Source: an uncultured Solirubrobacterales bacterium
Lineage (GTDB): Bacteria; Actinomycetota; Thermoleophilia; Solirubrobacterales; 70-9
Assembly (NCBI GenBank): GCA_963800285.1
Contig: CAWDAL010000013.1
Span: forward strand, 227,395 to 291,394
Length of the DNA stretch: 64,000 bases
Direction: 5' to 3'
Made by a program: the position numbers and the translations under genes. Each line of letters begins with the position of its first letter. Position 1 is the first letter of the stretch. Positions 57,263 to 64,000 of this stretch are shown here, piece by piece. The notes beneath the pieces are model-generated. The model did no database searches, was not told the DNA's origin, and was given only the letters and a program-made list of their open reading frames with translations.

Positions 57263-59629
57263 TCAGGCCTGCTTGCGCCGGTGCTTGTGATGGTGCTTGT
57301 GCGCGGCGCGGACCTTGAACGGCTTCGTCCCGCAGCGGAAGAAGTAGGGCAGCGCGCCCAGCGGGGCGGGGACGGTGGCGGTGCCCGGTCCGGCGAACCG
57401 CTGTCCGCTGGGCTCGTGCACCCAGCAGCCGCGCGGGAGCGCCACCGAGCGCGAGGTATCGCCCTTGGTGACCACGGGCGCCACCAGCACGTCGGCCCCG
57501 AGCATCCACTCCTGGTCGCGGCCGGAGACGGGCGCCTCCGGCGCGCTCAGCCAGAGGGGGCGGGTGACCGGCATCCCGGTCCTGCGCCCCTTCTTCCACA
57601 GCCTCCGCATCAGCGGCAGCGCCCGCTCGTGCAGGTCCGCCATCGCCTTCCAGCGGGCGAGGGTGGCGTCACCGTAGGCCCAGGGCATGCGGACGCCGGT
57701 GGAGGACGAGTTGTGAACGCGGAAGTACGGCGTGAGGGCGGCCCATTCGCTCCAGCGGTCGTACAGCTCCTCGCTGGGCGGCCCGGTCAGGGTGTCGATG
57801 TAGCCCCCGATGTCGGTCGTGTAGCCGAAGGCGCCGCCGACCGCCCGATTGAGCATGTCGGGGGCCAGCGATCGCAGCCCGGAGGCGGCTTCCCAGTCGA
57901 CCGTCTCGTCGCCTGGGAAGTTGCCCATCTCGGAGGCCGCGCTGCCGGGCCGGCCGCTGTAGCCCGCTCGGGTGAAGAACCAGATCGGATCGTGCCTTGG
58001 GTGCTTCGCTCCCCAGTGATCGAGGATGCGACGTGAGACCCGGTGGTAGAGAACCGGATAGCGGTTGTGCATCGCCGCCCCGGTGCTGCCGTTGGCGAAG
58101 TGCATGCCGTCCTGGACCTGCTCGCCGAAGTCCTGCATGAACCCGTCGGCCCCGAGCCCGATCAGCAGATTGAGTCGCCGCCGCCACCAGGCCACCGTGG
58201 CCGGCTTGGTGAAGTCGAGCAGCGTCGCGGGGGAGTCGCCGTTGCCGCCGAACTCGTAGGGCGCACCGCTCGCGGTCGTCGCGACCAGCCCGAGCCGCCT
58301 GGTCTCCTCGAAGTCGCCGGGCGGCTGGGTGGCGAGTGCGTCGTCGGAGACGTAGGCGCGGACATAGAGGATCGCGTGGATCCCCATCGCGTGCAGGCGC
58401 GCGATCACCGAGCGGACATACCCGAGGTCGAGCATCCCCCAGCCCTCGAACCCGTAGGCGGAGATGTGCATGTCGTAGCGGCGGATGTCGGCCAGGTCCT
58501 GCTCGATCTTGGCCCGGTAGGTGTCGGGGTTCTCGGACGGCGGAGCCCCCGGGAGGGCCGGGGACTTGACGGCCCGCGACAGCGTCGGCCCCTCGGCCCA
58601 GCTCGGCGGCAGGCGATGGCGGCCCGTCACCGAGGTCAGCTCCCGGATCGCGCGGCGGCGGCCGCGCGCCGGGAACACCGTGTAGTCGAGGTGGCCGGAG
58701 CTCGCCTGAACCTGCCAGGCGTCGGGCCGGTCGTTCGCCATCCGCCAGCGCGAGCGCTCGCTCTGGTTGAGGAGGAAGCCGTAGCCGCGGGATGAGACGA
58801 ACTCCGCCTGCGGGTAGTAGGCGGCGTTCATGCCGTTCGGGAAGAGGTAGCGCTCGAAGCCTCCGGGCAGCTCGGTGGGGCTCGGGATCCCGCCCAGGTC
58901 GGCGATGCTGTACGAGGTGCCGGAGCCGACCAGCAGCGGGAACAGCGCCAGGCCCGGCACCAGCGTCTCCGAGCCGCCGAGGTTCTCCTGGACCACGTCG
59001 CCGTAGAGCTTCTCGCCGCGCTTGTCCGTGGTCCCGTGCCTGCCGCCGAACCCGTGGAAGCCCTCGCCGGGCGCGGTGGCGAAGGAATCGCCGAGCGTGA
59101 TCACCCCCGCAGGGGAGCTGGGACGCACACGGACGCGGATGCCGCTTGCGCGGTCGGGCTCGATCCGGGCGATCAACCGCCGGCCGGGCTCGTCGGTGGC
59201 CAAGGTGAGCCGAACGCCCTTGCCGCGCCGCTTCGCGGAGATCGCCCGCCGGGCCGCGTAGACCGTCCCGGAGCGGCGATCGAAGAGGGTGTTCCCGTTC
59301 CAGAGCCCGGACTCCCACTGCGGGTGCAGCTCCGTCCCGACCTCGTAGGTGAGCGGGGCGTAGACGGCGTTGTCGGGGTGGCGCTCGAGCGTGAAGGGCT
59401 CGGGATCGTCGGTGCTGGGAAGCGCCGCCGGAGTCGTCGATGCCGGCGCGCGCAGCTCGCGAAGGACGGTGTGTCCGCGCGACCGGAAGACGAGCCGGAA
59501 GGGCGCCCGGTCGATCACGGCGCGGGCGGCGCCGTTGGTGACCACGATCCGCTTCCCGGTCAGCTTGACCGCCGCACCGGCGGTCGCCGGAATGGCGACC
59601 GCGGCGATCGCAAGCAGCGACGCCGCCAA
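57263..59629 (-). CDS. exported glycoside hydrolase family 31 (alpha-glucosidase/xylosidase-like) with K/H-rich C-terminal tail
   Basis: [11 protein letters not shown] (catalytic region). YNRYP-type segment MHNRYPVLY. Signal-like [18 protein letters not shown]. Ends [17 protein letters not shown]. The TTG start is doubtful (see findings). Confidence 0.85.
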   Translation of the reverse strand: MAASLLAIAAVAIPATAGAAVKLTGKRIVVTNGAARAVIDRAPFRLVFRSRGHTVLRELRAPASTTPAALPSTDDPEPFTLERHPDNAVYAPLTYEVGTELHPQWESGLWNGNTLFDRRSGTVYAARRAISAKRRGKGVRLTLATDEPGRRLIARIEPDRASGIRVRVRPSSPAGVITLGDSFATAPGEGFHGFGGRHGTTDKRGEKLYGDVVQENLGGSETLVPGLALFPLLVGSGTSYSIADLGGIPSPTELPGGFERYLFPNGMNAAYYPQAEFVSSRGYGFLLNQSERSRWRMANDRPDAWQVQASSGHLDYTVFPARGRRRAIRELTSVTGRHRLPPSWAEGPTLSRAVKSPALPGAPPSENPDTYRAKIEQDLADIRRYDMHISAYGFEGWGMLDLGYVRSVIARLHAMGIHAILYVRAYVSDDALATQPPGDFEETRRLGLVATTASGAPYEFGGNGDSPATLLDFTKPATVAWWRRRLNLLIGLGADGFMQDFGEQVQDGMHFANGSTGAAMHNRYPVLYHRVSRRILDHWGAKHPRHDPIWFFTRAGYSGRPGSAASEMGNFPGDETVDWEAASGLRSLAPDMLNRAVGGAFGYTTDIGGYIDTLTGPPSEELYDRWSEWAALTPYFRVHNSSSTGVRMPWAYGDATLARWKAMADLHERALPLMRRLWKKGRRTGMPVTRPLWLSAPEAPVSGRDQEWMLGADVLVAPVVTKGDTSRSVALPRGCWVHEPSGQRFAGPGTATVPAPLGALPYFFRCGTKPFKVRAAHKHHHKHRRKQA

Positions 59630-59677
59630 AGCGCCCCATGACCCGGTGAGTCCGATCCGCCTTCCGATGCGCGGATC

Positions 59678-60622
59678 CTAAGACGCCTCAGCCGCGAGCG
59701 TCTCCTCGAGTCCGGAATCGATCGTGCGCTTCGCCCGCCAGCCGAGACGCTCGGCGGCGAGCGTGGTGTCGAGCACGGTGCGGTCGATCTCCCCGGCGCG
59801 GGCGGGAGCCGGCTCCGGCTCGAAGTCGCCGCGGCCCGCCAGCCGCCCGATCTGCTCGGCGAGCTCGAGCACGGTCGTCTCGACCCCGGTGCCCGCGTTG
59901 ATCGGCCCGCTCTCGCCGCTCCCCTCCATCGCGAGCAGGCCGTCGACGACGTCGGCCACGTGGATGTAGTCGCGGGTCTGCTTGCCCGTGCCGAAGACCG
60001 TGGGCCGCCCGCCGTCGCGGGCCAGGGCGCAGAAGATCGCGACCACGCCCGCCTCCGTCGCCGGGTCCTGCCGCGGGCCGTAGACGTTGCCGAGGCGAAG
60101 CGTCCCCGCCGAGAGCTCGCGCGTGCGCGAATAGAGACCGAGGTAGCCCTCCGCGGCCAGCTTGCTCTGCCCGTACACGGAGAACGGCTCGCAGGGCGCC
60201 GTCTCGGCGAAGGGAAGCTCGTCTGGCCGATCGGCTCCCTCTCCATATATGGCGCCCCCGGTCGAGGTGAAGACGAGGCGAGATGACCCGCCGCGGACCG
60301 CCGCCTCAAGCACGTTCACCGTGCCCACCACGTTGAGGCGGGCGTCGAAGCCCGGATCCGCCATCGAGCGCCGCACGTCGATCTGGGCGGCGAGATGGAA
60401 GATGCTGTCGGGCGCGAAGCCCTCGATCGCCTCGAAGACGGCCTGGGCGTCGGCTACGTCGAGCTCGGTGAGCCGCACCCCCGCCTCGAGCGCGCCCGCA
60501 AGGTTCTCCCGCTTGCCGCTCGAGAGGTCGTCCAGCACCAGGACCTCGTCTCCACGCGCGGCCAAAGCATCCACCAGGTGCGAGCCGATGAAGCCCGCGC
60601 CGCCTGTCACCGCAGATTTCAC
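59678..60622 (-). CDS. NAD-dependent epimerase/dehydratase (UDP-glucose 4-epimerase-like)
   Basis: VTGGAGFIGSHL, FTSTGGAIYG and YGQSK motifs. Confidence 0.88.
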   Translation of the reverse strand: MKSAVTGGAGFIGSHLVDALAARGDEVLVLDDLSSGKRENLAGALEAGVRLTELDVADAQAVFEAIEGFAPDSIFHLAAQIDVRRSMADPGFDARLNVVGTVNVLEAAVRGGSSRLVFTSTGGAIYGEGADRPDELPFAETAPCEPFSVYGQSKLAAEGYLGLYSRTRELSAGTLRLGNVYGPRQDPATEAGVVAIFCALARDGGRPTVFGTGKQTRDYIHVADVVDGLLAMEGSGESGPINAGTGVETTVLELAEQIGRLAGRGDFEPEPAPARAGEIDRTVLDTTLAAERLGWRAKRTIDSGLEETLAAEAS

Positions 60623-60750
60623 GCAGGAGAGACTACGGGCGGAACGTAATAGGCAGCCGAGGACCCCCTGCTACTCTCGCCGACCGCATCGGCCCCTTTC
60701 GACGTATATGTAGGGGCATCCATGGTCGCGGCTACCGTGAAGGGCCAGAT

Positions 60751-63210
60751 ATGCGACTGATAGTCACCGAGAAGAACAACAGCGCGAAGAAGATCGCCGA
60801 GATTCTGAGCGGCGGAACCGCCAAGGAGGGCGCTTCCTACAAGACGCCCTACTACGAGTGGTCCGACGATCACGGCAATCACATGACGATCGGTCTCAAG
60901 GGCCACGTCCTCAATCCCGCCTTCCCGGAGTCCTACAACAACTGGCAGGAGACGAATCCGCGCGACCTGATCGACGCGGACCTGATCAAGGAGCCGACCG
61001 ACAAGAACGTCGTGCGGGCCCTGAAGAAGGTGGCCGCCGATGCCGACGACCTCATCATCGCGACGGACTACGACCGCGAGGGCGAGCTGATCGGGCTCGA
61101 GGCCCTGCAGGAGATCGTCGAGGCGAACCCAGATCTGGCGACCGCCGAGGGCGTCCACGACGACGGCACCCCCGTGAAGCGCGCCCGCTACTCCGCACTC
61201 ACCAAGGACGAGATCGAGCGCGCCTTCAACAACCTCGACGAGCTCTCGATGCCGCTTGCGAACGCCGGCGCGGCGCGCCAGGACATGGACCTGATCTGGG
61301 GCGCGACGCTGACCCGCTCGGTCTCGATGGCCACACGGCGCTTCGGGTCCAACTTCCTCTCGGTCGGCCGTGTGCAGAGTCCCACCCTCGGCCTGATCGT
61401 CCAGCGCGAGCTCGAGCGCCGCGCGCACGTGCCCGTCCCCTTCTGGGAGGTGACGGCGACCTTCGCTTACATCCCATCAACGGCCGCCACAAGCACCGCG
61501 GCCGAATCATTCGTCGCCGAGCACACCACCGACAAGTTCTGGGAGGAGAAGGAGGCCGAGGCCGCGGTCGCCAACTCACAATCTCCTGGCACGGTTGTGG
61601 AGATCACGGCGCGGAAGAACACCCGCAAGCCGCCCACTCCCCTCAACACCACCGCCTTCACCACCGACGCGTCCAGCCGCCTGGGCATCACCCCCTCGCG
61701 CGCGATGCGGATCGCCGAGGACCTCTACATGGACGGCTACATCTCCTATCCGCGAACCGACAACACCGTCTACCCGAGCTCGCTCGACACGAAGGAGCTC
61801 GTGAAGCAGCTGGTGGCGGTGGACGACTTCAAGGCGGCCGAGTTCCTGCTCGATGGGCGGACGCTGGAGGCGACCCGCGGCAAGAAGGAGACGACGGACC
61901 ACCCGCCGATCTACCCGACGCAGGCGGTCAACCCGAAGCGGCTCGAGGCCCGATCCGAGGCCCATCGCCGGGTCTACGAGCTGGTCGCACGCCGCTTCCT
62001 CGCCACGTTCTCGCCGCCGATGATTAGTGAGGGGACCAGGGCGAACATCGTCACGGCCAAGGGCGAGGCTTCGGCCGAATCGGGAGAGACCTACTTCGTC
62101 CGCGGATCCGTCGTGGTCGACCCGGGCTTCGCCGCGATCTACACCTACGCCCGCTCCGCCGACACCGAGATCCCGAAGCTCGAGGAGGGTCAGGAGCTCA
62201 CCATCGAGAGCGTCGACCTGGAGGGCAAGGAGACGCCCCCGCCGCCCCGGATCAGCCAGGGCAAGCTGATCGAGATGATGGAGGAGGCCGGCCTCGGCAC
62301 CAAGGCGACTCGCGCGGACATCATTCAGAAGCTCTACGACCGCGGCTACGTCTTCAACAACCCGCCGGAGCCCTCGGAGACCGGCATCGCGATGTCGAAG
62401 GCGTTCGAGAACTACGTCCCGCGGATGGCGACGCCCGACATGACCGCCGAGATGGAGGCGGAGATGGATCAGATCGCCGCCGGCGAGATGACCAAGGACG
62501 ATGTTCTGCGGGACAGCCGCGACATGCTTCGCTCGGCCTTCGACGAGATGGGCGACGACGTCAAGACCGAGGACGAGGACGCCAAGTGGCGCAAGTTCGC
62601 CCGCGAGGTGTGGGCCGGGATGGACCAGGACCGAATCCTCGGCCCCTGCATCGTCTGCGAGGAGGCCGGCCGCAAACAGGAGGACGGCTCCCCGAACCTG
62701 CTGCGGATCATCAAGGCGCGCAAGTCGGGCAAGCGCTTCGTCGGCTGCTCCGGCTGGGACGGCGACAATCCGGACTCGCCCGATTCCTGCGACCAGACCT
62801 TCCCACTGCCGCAGCGCGTGCGCGGCCTCTACAAGATCGAGGAGGTCTGCTCGGTCTGCGGCCGGACGCCGCGACTGCAGGTGGTGCCCTGGCGCGGGCG
62901 CCCCTGGAAGCTCTGCCTGAACGACGAGTGCCCCTCGATGGCGGAGATGAAGCGCCGCCGCGCCGAGCGCGAGGCCGCCAAGGCCGCGAAAGAAGCCGCC
63001 GAGGCCGCCGAGAAGGATGGGGCGGCGAAGGACGCTGAGGTCGATCCCGACGAGGCCGCGAAGGAGGCGGAGAAGATCGCCGGTCAGGCGTCGGCCACGA
63101 AGGTCAAGCGCGCTACGCGAGGCAACGGCGCGAAGGCCAAGAACGGCGCGAAGAAGAACGGCGCCAAGTCGGGCAACGGCTCGAAGGCCAAGCCCCGCGC
63201 GAAGAGCTAG
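60751..63210 (+). CDS. type IA DNA topoisomerase of the Topo III / archaeal TopA style, with C-terminal zinc ribbons and Lys/Ala-rich tail
   Basis: TOPRIM MRLIVTEKNNSAKKIAEIL...IIATDYDREGE. Active-site GYISYPRTDN. CIVCEE...FVGCSGW, CSVCG...CLNDEC. Tail is AKAKNGAKKNGAKSGNGSKAKPRAKS. Confidence 0.9.
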   Translation: MRLIVTEKNNSAKKIAEILSGGTAKEGASYKTPYYEWSDDHGNHMTIGLKGHVLNPAFPESYNNWQETNPRDLIDADLIKEPTDKNVVRALKKVAADADDLIIATDYDREGELIGLEALQEIVEANPDLATAEGVHDDGTPVKRARYSALTKDEIERAFNNLDELSMPLANAGAARQDMDLIWGATLTRSVSMATRRFGSNFLSVGRVQSPTLGLIVQRELERRAHVPVPFWEVTATFAYIPSTAATSTAAESFVAEHTTDKFWEEKEAEAAVANSQSPGTVVEITARKNTRKPPTPLNTTAFTTDASSRLGITPSRAMRIAEDLYMDGYISYPRTDNTVYPSSLDTKELVKQLVAVDDFKAAEFLLDGRTLEATRGKKETTDHPPIYPTQAVNPKRLEARSEAHRRVYELVARRFLATFSPPMISEGTRANIVTAKGEASAESGETYFVRGSVVVDPGFAAIYTYARSADTEIPKLEEGQELTIESVDLEGKETPPPPRISQGKLIEMMEEAGLGTKATRADIIQKLYDRGYVFNNPPEPSETGIAMSKAFENYVPRMATPDMTAEMEAEMDQIAAGEMTKDDVLRDSRDMLRSAFDEMGDDVKTEDEDAKWRKFAREVWAGMDQDRILGPCIVCEEAGRKQEDGSPNLLRIIKARKSGKRFVGCSGWDGDNPDSPDSCDQTFPLPQRVRGLYKIEEVCSVCGRTPRLQVVPWRGRPWKLCLNDECPSMAEMKRRRAEREAAKAAKEAAEAAEKDGAAKDAEVDPDEAAKEAEKIAGQASATKVKRATRGNGAKAKNGAKKNGAKSGNGSKAKPRAKS

Positions 63211-63222
63211 CCCGATCGTGGG

Positions 63223-64000
63223 CTAGCCGGTCGCCTGGATCGACCGGGGCCCGGTGGAGGTGCAGCTGGCGATCACGCTCCCGCTCGGGTCCGTCCTGCA
63301 GGTCCAGTCGCCGATCGTCGTGCCGCCGCCCTGGAGGGCCGAGAGCAGGACCGAGTGGGCCTCGCCGCAGCCGGCCGGATCCCCGTCCTTCGCCGAGGAG
63401 GTGACGTCGTAGGTCGTGCCGCTGTTCGCGGTGCCGCTGCCGATGATCGGGTCGCACTTGGATCTGCGGACGACCGGCTTCGCCGCCGGGGTCGCCGCCG
63501 ACGGGGAGGTCACCGCCGGCGCGGTGGCGGTTGGAGTCGCGGCGGGTGCCGTCGTCGCCGTCGCCGGGGTGGTGTCCGCGACGGTTGCGTTGTTGTCGTC
63601 TCCGCTTCCGCCCGAGATCAGCACGATCACCACGACGACTGCGGCGAGCAGCGCGGCGACGGCGGCCCAGCGGCCATAGGAGCGGCGCCTGCCGGGGCGC
63701 AGGCTCGGCGCGGTCGCGGCCGCCTTCGCGGCGGCAGCGGTCCTGGCGGACTCCTCCACCTCGGGGACGGCGGCGGCCGCGGCTCTCGCCTCGGCCTTCG
63801 AGCCCGACTTCGGGGCGGTCTTGCGGACGGTCTTGACCGGTGTCTTGCGCGCCGACGCAGTTGTCTTGCGCTTCGCGGGAGCCTTACGCGTGGACCCTCC
63901 CGAGGGCTTCGCCGGGTGCTTCCCGGTCGAGCCGGCCGGCTTGGCCGAGGAGGCGGAGGTCCGCTTGGCCGCCGACTTCTTCCGGGCGGAGCTCGAGCGG
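63223..64000 (-). CDS. 5'-truncated (runs off window) single-pass membrane protein with Lys/Ala/Pro/Ser-rich (histone-H1-like) cytoplasmic N-region and Cys-containing extracytoplasmic domain
   Basis: The frame is open to the window edge with high GC3 and no in-frame start upstream of 63759 (...ARKKSAAKRTSASSAKPAGSTGKHPAKPSGGSTRKAPAKRKTTASARKTPVKTVRKTAPK...). TM is WAAVAALLAAVVVVIVLI. Confidence 0.55.
   Translation of the reverse strand, partial: RSSSARKKSAAKRTSASSAKPAGSTGKHPAKPSGGSTRKAPAKRKTTASARKTPVKTVRKTAPKSGSKAEARAAAAAVPEVEESARTAAAAKAAATAPSLRPGRRRSYGRWAAVAALLAAVVVVIVLISGGSGDDNNATVADTTPATATTAPAATPTATAPAVTSPSAATPAAKPVVRRSKCDPIIGSGTANSGTTYDVTSSAKDGDPAGCGEAHSVLLSALQGGGTTIGDWTCRTDPSGSVIASCTSTGPRSIQATG

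Overview
High-GC (about 70% by eye), gene-dense chromosomal segment that looks Actinomycetota-like: nrdR-nrdJ operon, F420/Ddn-type reductase, CsoR, MmyB-like and MarR/MerR/HxlR regulators, DHA2 MFS pumps. I saw no rRNA, tRNA, CRISPR array, transposase, integrase or phage gene. Main blocks, left to right: (1) sulfate assimilation on the minus strand (sir-cysH-sat-cysC), flanked by a PHP phosphoesterase, an Rrf2 regulator and a TauE/SafE exporter; (2) several exported proteins of unknown function; (3) propionyl-CoA carboxylase beta subunit plus a split methylmalonyl-CoA mutase; (4) sugar-nucleotide enzymes; (5) an ECF sigma factor fused to its own ZAS anti-sigma and TM domain, surrounded by exported proteins; (6) a CsoR-controlled metal module without a P-type ATPase, followed by a nucleotide cyclase fused to a YHS/TRASH metal domain; (7) MerR/MFS and an amine-catabolism trio; (8) three GGDEF-type proteins; (9) nrdR-nrdJ; (10) two MFS pumps around an MmyB-like regulator; (11) an ABC-2 exporter/HxlR/methyltransferase module bracketed by inverted copies of an 87-nt repeat; (12) GH31 hydrolase, epimerase and a Topo III/archaeal-style type IA topoisomerase. 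Most notable observations: a recurring C-terminal polybasic Cys/His tail on unrelated signal-peptide proteins; the sigma/anti-sigma fusion; the CsoR module and the cyclase-YHS fusion; the repeat family; and six genes broken by single-nucleotide frameshifts, three of them in G4/C4 runs, which points to assembly error more than decay. All coordinates were anchored by hand to the supplied ORF track. No database search was possible.
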